Translations under genes and position numbers: made by a program
Shown here: in pieces, positions 1 through 13,484 of the stretch
Layout of the letters: each line of letters begins with the position of its first letter
Numbering within the stretch: the first letter of the stretch is position 1
Source: Schizochytrium sp. TIO01
Lineage: Eukaryota > Protista > Bigyra: Labyrinthulomycetes
Direction of reading: 5' to 3'
Assembly: GCA_004764695.1 (NCBI GenBank)
Contig: SMSO01000035.1
Location: 496,001-560,000 of the forward strand
DNA length: 64,000 nt
Notes under the pieces: generated by a model
What the model saw: only the letters and a program-made list of their open reading frames with translations
Told to the model about the DNA's origin: nothing
Databases searched by the model: none

Positions 1-2
1 CA

Positions 3-1052
3 AGCTCTGACTCAGGAGATTCAGCTGATAATAGGAGTGTACGGAGTGCGCAGGGTGGTTTGCTAGGGCCACTTCGTCAGAGTCTTGAAAACCTTGCTAG
101 CGCTGTGGAAGAATTAGCGGGTTCTCAGAGTGCGGAAGAAGAGTTTTTGACTACTGCTGAACTCCTCTTTTGCACGTTGGCAGTTAGTGGTCGACACTCC
201 ATTCGTCGCATTAACAAAAAGTGCGGCTTGGATCTTTTAGTAATTGACGAAGCTGCTCAGGCTGTGGAAGCAGAGACGTGGGTTGCTCTGCAGTCTCTCC
301 CGGCACGCCTATTGCTTGTTGGTGACCCGAAACAACTCTCTGCAACTGTAACATCAAATCGTGCTAGTGAGCTTGGTTTTGGGCGATCGCTTATGGAACG
401 TCTCATGTGGGGCCTGGAGTTACCCTACGACCTTCTGATGGTACAGTATCGCATGCACCCAGCCATCTCTAAATTCCCTGTGGAATACTTTTATGAATCT
501 CGACTAGTGGACGGTCCGAACGTAGTGAATGCCCCGCCACCAGATTGGTTTTCTGCGAAGAATCGTATGAGTCAATGGTATGGGCCGTATGTGTTCTTGG
601 ATATACAACGCGGTTGCGAGTCTCAAGGGAACGATTTGAGCTATGTAAATCAGGAGGAGGCAGTAATGGTGGCAAGGGTTGCACAAAATTTGGTTCAGCG
701 CGGCGTGGATGTGCGCAAGGAGGTAATCGTTATTACATTTTACGCGGGCCAAGTTCGAGCAATTACGTCGGAGTTGAAACGTCACCATGTGGACGGAGTC
801 ATGGTTTCTACAGTAGACAGTTTCCAGGGCTCAGAGGCAAATGTAGTTATTCTCTCTTTTGTTCGAGCTAACTCGTCAGGGCGTATTGGATTTCTGGCAG
901 ATATGCGTCGCCTGAACGTCGCTCTCACACGGGCGAAACAGTCTTTAGTTCTTATTGGTCACGGCGAGACGCTTGCACGCTCAAGAAATGAGTGCATTGA
1001 AACTTTGGTCAAGGATGCCAAGAGCCGCGGAGTCTTTCAAGAAATGACCTAA
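3..1052 (+). CDS. Upf1/Sen1(senataxin)-like superfamily 1 helicase, C-terminal part (5'-truncated by window edge)
   Basis: The frame is open from position 3. SF1B motifs present: LVIDEAAQ, LVGDPKQL, QYRMHPAI, TVDSFQGSE, RRLNVALTRAK. Confidence 0.9.
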   Translation, partial: SSDSGDSADNRSVRSAQGGLLGPLRQSLENLASAVEELAGSQSAEEEFLTTAELLFCTLAVSGRHSIRRINKKCGLDLLVIDEAAQAVEAETWVALQSLPARLLLVGDPKQLSATVTSNRASELGFGRSLMERLMWGLELPYDLLMVQYRMHPAISKFPVEYFYESRLVDGPNVVNAPPPDWFSAKNRMSQWYGPYVFLDIQRGCESQGNDLSYVNQEEAVMVARVAQNLVQRGVDVRKEVIVITFYAGQVRAITSELKRHHVDGVMVSTVDSFQGSEANVVILSFVRANSSGRIGFLADMRRLNVALTRAKQSLVLIGHGETLARSRNECIETLVKDAKSRGVFQEMT

Positions 1053-1567
1053 AGGTCATGATGTTTTGTTTTTGTAGTTCTGCGCTTACACTAAATTCTA
1101 TTTTTGATGCCTTTATTTTTTATTCTTTTCCTTTGATTCTTTTATTTCTCAATCATCAAATATAGTCGTGTGGTTGTCTGTGTAGTAAAACGAACTCGCT
1201 ACAATTGTTATCTACAGGAACTAGAGGATCGTTTGAAAAGCTAGTCTGCAAACTTTTTCATAGGGTATCTGGCAGTAGTACTCGTATCAAATGTCTCAAA
1301 TGATCAAGAATAACTCATTTTCACAAAGATAACTGAATAACTGACAAGTGTGAGAGGACGAAGAGTAGGAAAGGAAAAATAAAATGAACGAAGGTGTAGA
1401 TTGGTGGTACAAACATAGCCATGTTGATGGAGATGGAAGATGCCGTCTACACGCGCTACATTTCCTGAAGGAACGAGGCACGAGGGGGGGGGGGTGGAGG
1501 GGACTTATTTGTCTACTTTTTGAAGACTCCTGGGCACTTCCGTGTCATTCTTAGTCTGATCTAGACT

Positions 1568-3150
1568 CTAATTATCGATCATTACTGCATCGCAGAAGAG
1601 ATTCGAAAAGTGTTGGTCTGAGGGAATAGTAGTGAGCTCAGGATTCTTTTGCAAGACGTGAATGTAGTCACGAAATTGGCGGTAAGTTACGCTAGAGTCT
1701 GTTTCGGGAAATTTATCCTTCAGAGTGCCGAGAATAATGCTGTAATTCTCGGCACCAACAAGTTGAGAGGTTTCTTCAACCTTTTCCATGAGCTGCTCAA
1801 CAGTAACTTGACCTTCTCGGCTTTCTTCCTTCAACATGGCGAACATTTCCTGCATATCGTTTTCTTCGGGGTCCATGAACAGGAGGGGAACCATACCGAG
1901 AATACACCCAATGCAAATACCGATCGAAGTGGCGATAAAGTTCAATAGGCGAACCTTCCGTGTTTGCATTTGCTGAAGGGTCAATTTAGGGTCCTTGAGA
2001 CCGAGTTTTTTCGACGAAGCCTCCACGTAGCCACCCAGTCCGAGGCCGGCAACATCTGAGATCATGTTACCCAAGCCTGCTGCTGCGAGAGTAGAGATAC
2101 CAAGTACGCGTCCCCTGTGTATTATTTGTAAAAAGAAAAGAAAAGAAAGCCCAACATGTGAGTATATCAGTACAGAAAGGACAAGCAGCAAACTTCCCTC
2201 CACAATCTTTAAAGAGAACAGAACAAAGCACCTAGACTACATGTCTCAACTGATAACGATTTCTGCTCAGCCTCTACTTCATTTTCATACCTCCCTGATA
2301 GCCGTTTGCTAGCTTCATTGTCGAAACCATGAAACCAGGATCGTGTATCAAAATGATCAAGATATGTAAACTATCTGTGTTCCGTCTATTTGCAAGTCTG
2401 TTTGGTTCGCCTCTCCACTCTCTTCTGCCTTCCCAAGATATATGTAACTTACAACTGAGTGTCAATGAAGTCTCCTGCTACAAGCATGATAGCGTTATCA
2501 AGAAATCCAAAAGCCACAAATGGAACACCGCTAAGCAGCGCAAATTGCCAGAGCTGCAAGCGAGTGGGCTCTTTGGCAGCCCTGGCTCCAGTCTTATTCT
2601 GCATCTCCACCAGGTTCTGCAGCCATTCATTGAGCTCCTGGCTCGACACATGTCCGTCTTTGTTGACGTCGATTTGGTCCTTGATGTCATCACCCATGCT
2701 AAAGGAAATTTCACGGATCATAATGTTTTGACGATGCCGCCGTGCAAGGTAGTCTGAGTAGCTTTTGCCGCCGCTCAGCTCTTGGTCCAAGATTGCGTTT
2801 GCAACACGTAGCTTAGTGTTGTGCGACATGACCTTGACCAGCTCGTCCGCCATTTCAGGACTTTGATCCAGAGTTCTCGCGAATCCCTCCAAATTCGACT
2901 TCTGCTGTGCAGACGCAACCACATCATCGACCGCGGAAGATGATGAGGAGGAAGATCCCGATGATGATGCCGAGGACCCAAAACTAGCCGACAGTACTCG
3001 CTGCGAATTAAAAGATCCAGAAGGAGCTGGGATCGAAATCGAAGCTCCCACAAGGCATCTCGATACGCAGTTAGAGTTGAAGATCCCTCCTCGAGATTGC
3101 AGTGAGCGGCCTGATGATACCCAAGGCCGCAATCCGGCAAACATGGCCAT
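1568..3150 (-). CDS. TMEM65: TMEM65-family mitochondrial membrane protein with EF-hands; 2 exons (3150-2453, 2114-1568), intron 2452-2115
   Basis: Exon 1 ends ...VPFVAFGFLDNAIMLVAGDFIDTQ at a tt|GTAAGT donor. A polypyrimidine tract and acaCAG| acceptor restore L-GRVLGISTLAAAGLGNMISDVAG...GICIGCILGMVPL, the TMEM65 signature. The N-terminus is R/S-rich like a presequence, and there is an EF loop DVNKDGHVSSQE. Confidence 0.85.
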
Positions 3151-5329
3151 GGCGACGAAGAATCCGACTTTCGCTTGACCTCTTATACCTCTCGCGAAGC
3201 TTCTCAGTCTTGCGAGCGATGATAGTTCCTGCGTGCGTTTGGACTCCTGCCAAAATGACAGAGTATGTGACGACGGTGATGACGACTTGCTGAAAACCTC
3301 AAAAAGACAGAGCTTTGCAAGCTCTTCTGTTCGGCTCTTAGGGTACCGATCTCCCTCCCTCTCTTCGCAGGCAGTCTAGCCCGGAAGAGGCCGCAAAGCA
3401 GCGAGCGGTCACGTAGTGTCCTTATGCGGGTCTGCCTGCTGCAAAGAGAAGAAGAGGCAGTGAAGGACGGCTTTTAATTTTACTTTTTAGTAGAACATAT
3501 TACCTTACTAAGAGTAGTAGATACCTAGCTAGAGTATCATTTGACAAAAGCATCACAAAATCAATTTGATCAGTATTTTTGGTTGAAGATATAAAGTTGT
3601 GATATTGACTAGTCCAAAATGATTGCGTTGTCTCGCCCGCTGCTGCTGCTGCTGCTGCTGCTACTACTTCTGTTACCGCTTCAAGAACTTGGATTTCGCG
3701 TCTGATTATTATTCACAAAAGAAGCATTTATGTAGTGAAGCTTATTCAGCCGATCAAACAAGATGTTGATAGCCCTTAACGAAGAAATCAAGCCCAAACA
3801 AGAACGAAGTAAATAGCAATTATTTATAGCTGTATTTGACCTTTCGACCAAAGTTAAGCTAAGACCCGATTTTGGGTCCCTTTCCCTTCCTCAAGAACTC
3901 GGTAGGATCAGTCACAAGCTCGATGACAGGAAATAAATATTACAGCAGCTTAGCGCAAACATTATGTAGATGTCATCCCATACAACTCCTCCAAATCTCT
4001 ACAATCCGCATCTTAATCCATGATTCTCAATCTCCAATCGAAAAGATCAACCTCTTAAAGACAGCACAACCAACCAGAAGAAGGCGCTTCCTTGAGTTGT
4101 CAGCAGCTTGAAGTGCATATCGCTCAATACAGTATTTATATATGTATGTATACTTTAAAAATTAAAAAGGAGGGGCAAAGATCCTGATAGGAAGAACGGG
4201 AGAGGCGCTCGAAGTGAGGCCGGGCACCACTATATAATTGAAGTTCGAACACTGAGTTGAGTCTCTTTCCGGGAGCTCATTGCAATGCTGGCGGCCATCT
4301 GTCTATGTCAGCACCTGCTGTGGAGATACGAGCAGATAAACTCATAGGGAAGGGTTCTGTTTCACTCTTGGACAAGACGAGTTGGAATCACTTGCCTGCT
4401 GCTACGGACTTGACTCATCTTCCGCCTTTGAAGGCTGGTGAGGGGACACGTCTGACTACTCGAGCGTTAGAGGGGTTTCGTTTGCGCGCTGCCTTGCTTG
4501 GCCAGAGTTTGCACGCCCGAGTGTACATACCTACTACCGTGCTTCATGGTGGCATGGTCTCCGAATTGGAGTAGGTAGATATTCATGGCGATCATCCAGC
4601 AGAGAGAGGTCAAAGATTGCACCAATGTCAAGGTTCCGGTTGCTGCGATATGCCGCCACTGGTATGTCTCGAGATGATCATTCTCACTGCCAGCTCGTGA
4701 GCAAGGTTTTTTGTTGCGGGTCTTCGAATAGAAAAACAAACACCTTGTCATTCATTCATATACGGAGTTCCAACCCTAAAGCTGCACAGGATCGCTGGTA
4801 TTCATTCGCTCATTCGTTCGTTCGTCTACAGCGTGTAGGTGTACCACAGAAATGGCTCGATTGCAAGCCATCGCACAAAACTAATATTGGCATCTTGCCA
4901 GAAGTTAAAACACAGTTCTGTTTCTATTCTTTGTAGTAGGTACCGAGATCCCGTGCACCTCACCAAAAGACTAAACGAATATCCGAAGACATACGAATAT
5001 TGGGGCACGTGTTCATCCCTGTTCAATTGTGTTTGCCCATGGCTTATTAGATAAGGCGTACCACGAGGTAGGTCTTTTCCGCATGCTTTGATTCGTTTCC
5101 TGTTTTGCCACTAAAAACTTGAAAGAAACGCAAAATGTTGTACATGCCGCGGTTGTTCCTTAGCACTCAGGCGAATACTAAAACAGAAACATAGTTTTAA
5201 AGTACATACCGACTATGTCTGTAACTAATATTTAATTTTATTTAAAAAAATCGTACTTAAAAAATAAAGAGAGTATGGCATCTCGCAGGAAATCCAATTC
5301 CGTAAGCGCCGTCGCCGCATCTCTCGGCG

Positions 5330-6976
5330 ATGGCGGATCCTCGCGGGGCCGGCGCCATGCCTCCTAGACCGAGACCTGAAAACTCTGTCGCTTCTGCTGC
5401 CCGTCTTGCCGCTGCTGCGTCCCACGCTAGTGGTCATGGCAAGACAGGAGCACCTTTGAGCTCTTCTTCGTCACCTTTCACTTCTTCGACAGCAAACTCC
5501 TCGCCTTTATCAAAGTCGGCATCGAGCAGGCTGCCAAGCTTGACAAGCTCCTCGGCTCCATCAGATTCATCCAAGGCGGGATCATCTGGATCTTCAGCAT
5601 CGGCTTCTTCGCCAAATCCTATGACTACGAACGCAGGAAGTGCTGCCGCGTCCGCCGCTGTTGCAGCTGCTGCAAATGGTGCTCGAGCAGTCTCTCGGCG
5701 CCGAAAGTCATTGCCACCTGTAGTCCGGGAAGATGCGGCATCGATCTTGGGTGGATCTCAGGCTCGAATTGGTATGAGTTTGATCTTATTAGGTATAGCT
5801 TCTGTGGTCCGTTTTGGGAGTGCTGAGGCCATGAGTGGAGTTCTGTCTAGGTTCCTTGCAGCTGAGGGTTTGGTGCAGTTTAGCCTAGCGATGTGCCTGC
5901 AGCCGACTTCTTCTTTAGATACCCCATACCATATTTTGCTTACCTTGTGTGTGGTGGCAGGTCTCTTCTATAAGCTACCTATTGAGCTGACACAAGAGGT
6001 AGGCTGGGTTCTTTGTAGCATATTCTGTGTTCCCTTTGGCTGCGTTTTGTTATGGCAAGGCGCGCTCAACACGCAACTAATGTACCATCTTTCCCCGGGA
6101 TATTGGAATTTCTCTTTCGAGAATAGGCTCGAGACTCCAGGAGGCAGCGGGAATGCTTCAGCATCTCGAACGAGTTCTGTTACTCGAGTAAATGCAGGTA
6201 GTTCCAATGGAAGGTTTGCGCTTTTGCATGCATCGCCTATGTCCTTGACTGGAATTCTTGCAGTGACACAAGTCATGGTCCAATGGCTTGAGATTGGCGG
6301 CCTCAGTGACTCTGATCGAGCCATTCTGATTCAAGCGCGAAACCATTTCCTGTTTCGAGTTCGCAACTCTTCTTCATTGCGACATAAAGCAATCGCAACG
6401 GAGCTACTTTTCCGGGTCGTTGCAGGCTTGCTTATGCAACATACTGCACAACAAATGGTGGAGCCTAGTGGTCCTGTATCTACAACAATCGCTTTCATGG
6501 AGCAACAATTTTCGGAACGCTTACTTCAACAAAGTGAGGTTTTTATGAAGCCTTTGCCAGAACCTCTCGACCCAGATACTGCGTTGAAGTTGGTCATATT
6601 TTCTTTTGGTGGGCTGCTATTCCACAAACGATTCTTTAAATCCTTGAAAGAATTCCAAGGAGGGTCTTTACATCCTGCTTTACAAGCTGTGAAATACGTA
6701 ACGCGTTTCTCCATTTTGGTGTACCTAACAAGTCGCTACCTGATCATTCAAAGCAGGAGGAATCGTTTGCAAAATGATCATCTCGCAAATCGATTCAGTG
6801 ACCCTGCAGCTAGAGCATACTTTGAGGGAAGGGCCAGTCGTATCCGCCTTGATCAATCTGGTGCTCATAGCTCAGGTGCTTCAAGTGGATCGTCTTTAAC
6901 AAATTCGACGGCAGGAACGCCAAGCTCTCCACGGGGAGGAAGGCAGACATTCACGCCCCCATCAATGTACTTGTAA
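5330..6976 (+). CDS. Hypothetical multi-pass membrane protein with Ser/Ala-rich N-terminus
   Basis: 548-aa ATG-initiated ORF between AT-rich spacers, with several hydrophobic segments. No family recognised. Confidence 0.7.
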   Translation: MADPRGAGAMPPRPRPENSVASAARLAAAASHASGHGKTGAPLSSSSSPFTSSTANSSPLSKSASSRLPSLTSSSAPSDSSKAGSSGSSASASSPNPMTTNAGSAAASAAVAAAANGARAVSRRRKSLPPVVREDAASILGGSQARIGMSLILLGIASVVRFGSAEAMSGVLSRFLAAEGLVQFSLAMCLQPTSSLDTPYHILLTLCVVAGLFYKLPIELTQEVGWVLCSIFCVPFGCVLLWQGALNTQLMYHLSPGYWNFSFENRLETPGGSGNASASRTSSVTRVNAGSSNGRFALLHASPMSLTGILAVTQVMVQWLEIGGLSDSDRAILIQARNHFLFRVRNSSSLRHKAIATELLFRVVAGLLMQHTAQQMVEPSGPVSTTIAFMEQQFSERLLQQSEVFMKPLPEPLDPDTALKLVIFSFGGLLFHKRFFKSLKEFQGGSLHPALQAVKYVTRFSILVYLTSRYLIIQSRRNRLQNDHLANRFSDPAARAYFEGRASRIRLDQSGAHSSGASSGSSLTNSTAGTPSSPRGGRQTFTPPSMYL

Positions 6977-7574
6977 GAGTTCGTCTGGCAACAAGGTTTG
7001 ATATGTGAGACAGTTCACGCTTTTATTTATATATAATCAAAAACTAATTTTTATTTGCATGCACAGTTTCAAAATCAATCAAGATAGTCTATTTTGCAAA
7101 TTCAGATTTCTTTCGCATAAGAGTTTTTCTGACCTCACAAAGCAAAAGTTGTAGAAGTCAAGTGACAAGATACAACATTTCCATTGAAAGATGGTATGGA
7201 AAATAATCTCCCAAGGCAAGGCAGCACATCAGTTTAGTCCAAAGAGACAAAGTAGGTATTGTTTGTTTGGTAATAAGTTTTTAAAAATTAGTTTCCATAC
7301 CATTATTTACTGTGAGCAATGTCGGATCAATTCTAGGGTAGAACCTTTCTCATGTAATATATGTGTACACATATAAACCGAAGAGAAAGAGATTAAGCAG
7401 AAGCTCTCGCACCAGCCTCGCAACCAGTATACAGATTAGTGAGAACGAGCGAGGTTTAGAGAGCTTTCGTAATACAGGACAGCAACCTTCTTCTTGTGGT
7501 TTGATACTTTCTTGAGAAGGGTGAAGTCGCAGCACATTTCCAATGGAGCATGATAGGCAAGGTCTTCACGTTGA

Positions 7575-7880
7575 TTATACAGTCTGAGGTTGGCACTGGA
7601 GCTGCTGCGGCGCTTCTGGAGTCTCTGAAAGGTCAAGTTTTAAGTTAGGTTTGCATTGCAGCTTGAACTTCTTATGCGTAGGTCCAAAGCACTTTCCGTG
7701 GCTTCGTCTACTGATGCATGGACGAGGCGCGAGTTCAGGTTGTTCATTAGATGCATCAAAAGCTACAATTGTAACAGATAATTGAGGACGCGTCCGTGTA
7801 AGAGATGAGCGCTTCAGAGAAAGGACGAGCTGGTTCAAGGCCGCTGCCTCTGAAAACTTGAAGTTGTTACGCTTGCCCAT
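7575..7880 (-). CDS. Possible small hypothetical protein
   Basis: 101-aa ATG ORF. An overlapping protein-like frame (7436-7636) may be its frameshifted continuation. No homology recognised. Confidence 0.25.
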   Translation of the reverse strand: MGKRNNFKFSEAAALNQLVLSLKRSSLTRTRPQLSVTIVAFDASNEQPELAPRPCISRRSHGKCFGPTHKKFKLQCKPNLKLDLSETPEAPQQLQCQPQTV

Positions 7881-10800
7881 GATTGAGATGAGAATTAAAA
7901 AATGTGAGCTTGGTTTCTGTGACTGTTGTCTGCTTCAGCTATGAAAAGAATACGACGAAGGAGCGTTTGTGTGTTTGTGATTTGCTGTGAAGATTTAACT
8001 TCAACTTATGCGTTGTATGTATCTCTGCGTCGTCGTGAATTAGTCAACTTCTGATTCAAGTGATGCGAAAGGGAATTTGTTTTGGCTTTCGCTAGCTTGA
8101 GCTCTCCACTTCTCCTCGACGTTGTTGTTACTTGCACTTGCTATGGAGTTCCGCCTCGTTTGACCAATCCAGGTGTATTCCCCTTCAGGTTTGATGGGGA
8201 AGCTGGCCGACCTTTACTGCGTCTTTTCTTTTGTCCCCGAAGCCTCAATGGTGTTGGGACAATACAAGACGGACGAAGTCACAGTCGGGAAGGAGTGCTG
8301 CTGCTCGTGCTTCTACTTTTTCAAGGCGTGTGTTTTCTGGCAACTCACTTTGTCGTGGACGCCTTTGGCAATGTTGCTTTGTAATTTGTTTGTTGCTAGA
8401 CAACGTATGTGGCGAACCACCAGAATTACAATTCGCCAGGAATGCGATTGTCAAGACAAAATGAAAGAGTGGGGGGGGGGGGTCGATTTTCCTGAGCGTG
8501 CGTACTTTGCGCGCGATGTCCTTAGATCTAGGTTTGCTGTCTGCTTTGGAGCTCGCGAACCGGCCTCTAATGCCCGCTGATTTTTATTTGCTATTTTTGC
8601 TCTATAAGAATGAATGAAGAAACCTCCAAGCTGCTTCTTCTTCTGTTGTTTCTTCTGTTTTTCGCACACCCAAGCGCACCTGAAAAACTGACAAACACAC
8701 TCTAATCTCGACAAGCTAGGAGTCCCTACGGGTTCTTATCGTTTTCCTGGTGTTACACGAAACGAGGAGAGCGGAAAAAAAACGAAACAGCAACTCTTAA
8801 ACAGATAAAAGGAAATAACCAGAAAAAACAGCGAGCTGTTTCTTCTCAGGCTATGTTCTCAGCCTCTTTAATCAAGGCGTATGCTCGCCCACGTGTCCGT
8901 GTTCCTGGCACCTTTGTATTCCTTCCACCAGCTGATCCGACTCCGCTGCAATGGTCGCACGTTTCGCAAAGCTCGCTTTTCTTTTCTCTCTCGACGAGAA
9001 AACAGCGACGGCTTTGTAAGTATTTAACCAAATGCCTACCTAACTCCTATGGTGTTTCTTAAAATTGACTCAAAACGAATGAATGGAACCAGCAATGAGC
9101 GCGTACGTTTCCAATGTCACCGGTTACCAAGCTCGCTCGTTACTCTGGCACTTCTGGAGACAGCTCGCCCAGTTACTACTTGGCCTCGTCACGCCTCTCT
9201 CACAGTGTGGGTCCGAGCGGCCAGGCAAGTTGTTTCAAGGTCAAAGTCCTTCTCAATTCGGGAATCCGAAGACGGTCTGCCTGAGTCTCTCCAAGCCTTC
9301 TTCTTTTATAAAAATTATAAATCCAGCAGTTTCTCGACAAGTCAAACCTCGGTCCCAGCTGCGCTGCACGTCTCTTTCGCTATATGATACTTGAGACGCG
9401 AGCCTACACGAAGAGCGAGAACCAGAGATAGCAAGCAAGCAAGCAAGCAAGCGAAAACTTAAAATTCGAAACAGCACGTTCAATCTCACTTCCAATCCGG
9501 TCAGATCGACTTCGATGAGGAAAACTGCGACGGAAACGACGCTCTTTATAATCGCACTCTTTCTTAGAAGAGTGTGCACAACCAATACTTTCTTCAAATT
9601 GCTTTTGGAGAAACAAACAAAAAGGACCCAATCACAAACTGCTTCTGCCTCGATATAGCGATGGTACAGCTCAGAGGCCTCGGCGTACGCTCGCACGCCA
9701 GGCGTTTCACTGATGGCTCCGTTTCAGGGTGCGATGCACGCAAATTGCTCTGTACGTTTCAGACGAATTCGAAGTCTGGATGAGGTTACCTTTCGCGTGA
9801 AGGAATATCAATGCGGGATTGAATCTGTTTTGATGATGAGAATAGTGCAGCTCTGATTAGGCTCTTCTCGTCGATGATGAATGCCACCTAGCTAGGGACC
9901 TACCTATGTAGTATTGTTCGTCTACGCCGTGTGAGGGTGGTGCTAGGTGCTAAGCTGCTATAAACGATATGCGAAGAAGGAGGACAGGTCTGCAAAGAAC
10001 TTGAGAATCGAACAAACAAGTTTTGCCCACCGACCCGAACTTTGTAACTTGCGACGACTTCGATAACCCACTCACCAACGACTACTCAAGTGAAACGAGC
10101 ACCCCAAGTAGTAGCTGCACTAAGAGGGTGCTACTGATTAAAGTGCGCGAAACGCGAACTTTAAAAGTCAGCAGCACCGCAGATATTCAATCTATGAATT
10201 TATGGATGTATGTCCAACGCTAAGCTGCAAGTGGCGATAGTCTTACTGTTCTATGTCTGTGCAGACGAGATGTCTTTGATGGAGACTTTTGATTAAAGAA
10301 ACTCCAACTTAACGCTCAACTAAAGAAATAACAGTCGTGGTTTCGTGTCTTTCAACAAAAGAATTCGTGATATTGAAAAAAAAAAAAGGCCTTTAGGAGC
10401 AAGAGACCCAAAGGTCCAGAGTAGCACGGCGGGAGTCGCGGCAGGGCCGTGCCGATGTTCAAAGCTCTATGGGCTGTAATGTTTCTTTTGCGAAAAGCAA
10501 TTCACAGATGGTTTGGTAACCAACTTTGAAATCAATGCAGAAGCACTTTGGTGGAGGAAGAAGACCTTTGGGTAATTGTTGAGCTCCTGAGCTCAAGTTG
10601 GAAGTCTGTTTCGCCCTGATGCCTCGCCGCCGATTACTGCCTGAATAGTACCTAGTACCTACGTAGCACTACCACGATAGATTGATGATTAGATGAAGGT
10701 TTCATCATACGTGCATGTACGAGATGGATCAGAAAGTACAACTGCTATATATGGATACAGTTCGTATGGGCGGGGGATTCATCCCTCGCTAGGAATACAG

Positions 10801-13484
10801 CTCACAGACACTGGTAGCGGTGATTTGGTGGTTTCCTCGATGTCCTTCATGGCGCAACATGGCAATTGTACCTAGTTGGATGGATTTTGTAACCATATTC
10901 TCATTCCAATCAAAGAAAACACTTTGAAGTTTTCACAAAGTAGCAAATTATAGCATATTTTAGATCATGATATTGGAACTGGGCGGACACCACCAAGTCA
11001 TTATCTGCATGACTATGCTCAATTAAATTTGGCTCCCTCCGTGTACGTCCGCAAGCTAAGCCGGCGCAACATTTTCGTCACACGCGAAGTGATAGGTAGT
11101 TATTCCAAAATAGGAGTGGGCATTCTTTTTTTTTAACTGACAGCGTAGCTCTTCAGATTTCTTTCTTAGTTAGTTAGGCAGCTCAACAAAAGAGCCAAGG
11201 GGGCTTAAGTTGCTAATTTATTTAAGCCACTCGCATTTAGCTTCGCTTTGTTCAATTGCAAGGAGCATCGCTTTGTCCGCACACCAAGGTATCAGGAAGT
11301 TAATCTCTTTGAACCAGAGGTAAGGTATCACGAGCAAACCGTTTCCATTCATTGTATCAGACTGTCCCTCTGAAAGTGGTTTCATTCGGAGGTTGGATGT
11401 TTCATTGGCAATCCTGTCCACTATTCTAATAAACCTTCTTCGCTCGAGTTGCTCCGTCTGTATCCGCAAATCGTCGTGTGTGTGCCAATACAACAAGCAA
11501 AGAGTCTACAATTCTCAGATTTATAAAATGGTTACTATTTTTTTATAGTTCGTTATTATTTGTTTCCTACTTCACAACAATATGGGGTCAGCATTGCAAA
11601 GGGCGAGCAAATGTGGTTCAACAACGAGCGGGGCCAATCGCGCCTCCCCAACTCAGTGAAACGCACTTCGGTATCAGCAGGTGTGTCAGTTGGTAGTTGG
11701 ATCGGGACCTTTGCCAGGTGCCTGTAGATGCATCTCAAAATTCTCTCACAATAACTAATTCATCTTCAACTTGTTACTTAGTAATACACGGTGCAGTGCA
11801 GTGCTGTGGTTTCATTGTTTGCCCTGGCCGTGTACATTGCGACCCTGCAGGAATGAGGTTTCCAAGACAAAACGTGTGTGACCTTTTCTGCTTCTGTTTG
11901 TTTCGAAATCTAAAGATTGTCTCAACTTACCATTACATTTCTACTCGCAATCTGGGCAACAATACTTGCTGCTCCAACGAATGCCCTCGGGCATCTTCGC
12001 CAAATGAAGTTAGACACTGGAACGAAGCTTGGCCTCCACTCGCCTTCGACATGAGAGGTAAAATATCCCAACTTCATTGGACATCTATTTTTCATAGCTA
12101 AATTTGATGATATCCAACCTGGTTAGCATCAGAACCTTCACCTTCGCAGAATATTTTATTACTTTTCAAAACAAGATCATTGATTCAAAAGTCATGATTC
12201 AAAAGAATCTTAATTGCAGTAAGAAAGCTCATCACTACGATAGTCAATGTAATTGTTTATAAAGAAACAAAAATTGACAACCACATCAGCTGGCATCTAG
12301 ACCCCTCACCTCCTTGAGACAAATTCTCGATCGTGCTTGCTCTATACGAAAGGAGTTGTCTTGCACCATCACAGGCGGACAATCCAATATATGGCCCACC
12401 ATTCTACTAAATATATATATGTAATATTTTTTCAATTGTTTACCTCATCTAACTATCTACTGAATTTTCAACGTTAATATGATTAAAGTTAAAAAAACAT
12501 AGAAAGCAGTCTTCTTGCCCTCCTCTCACTAGTTCGAGGCTACCAATGGTACTCCTATCAATCCCTTTTGCTTAGGCATAAACTGAATTCAAAACACATT
12601 ACCCATATGCTTTCCTTCAGGACTTAATGGGTAGTGTGCTACCCTGCTATATTATAATTTGCAGATTTTAACACATGTGCTTGTCTTTAAACAGATCTTA
12701 TCTGTATCGATAAGGTTTGCAGAACAGTAAGATATATTTACAAAGAAACTACTGGGGCTGGATGATGGCGCTGCCTAGCAGCAATTTGCAAATTTGTCCT
12801 GTCACAATCTCTGCGGCAGACTGAGAAGTAACCTTCATGAATTATAAAGGAAACCTTAGAGCGAAAGAGGCCACGGTTGTTCTATATTATTGCGAGCCCC
12901 ACTCAGTCAATTTGAGAGAGTCTGTATCTTTCCTTATGAACCAATCCTTCATGTCAGCCTGAGTTCTTTCCCACATCTCAACATACTGGCTTCACTGGAT
13001 AAATGGTAACCTATGTAGTAAGATTGATCAACTTGCAGCGCTACTTAAGAAGATCAAGATATTTAGACAAAGTCGAAAATTTAAGGTTTGTTCGAAAGCG
13101 AATATTATAAAGTAGCTTCGCAGTTATGCGCCTTCAATGGTGTCGGTTTAAATTTGAACTTCACGAGTGCTTAAAACCGATGAATATTTATTTGCGAATG
13201 GTTTATATTTATATTTTTTTTAATTTTAATGTTGTTCTTGTTGTTGTTCTTGTGAAGGTGTGGTTTCGACTTACATACAGTAAATAATGAAACAACATTT
13301 GCTGCCCTTTGACGCAATATCTGATCATGCATGGCGACATAATTTACGAACTAATCCGTGTTATATTTCTACTTAATAACACATGGTGTTGCGCATTGGA
13401 TACGTCAAAATTGAAGATTTCTACTTTGATATCTATGAATAGGAAGGGCGTTTCGTTGCTTCCTCTTACTATAGAACAAGATAT

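Noticed and set aside
4257-4936. Small ORFs between TMEM65 and the 548-aa gene
   Set aside because: They are short (one lacks an ATG start) and have no recognisable motifs.
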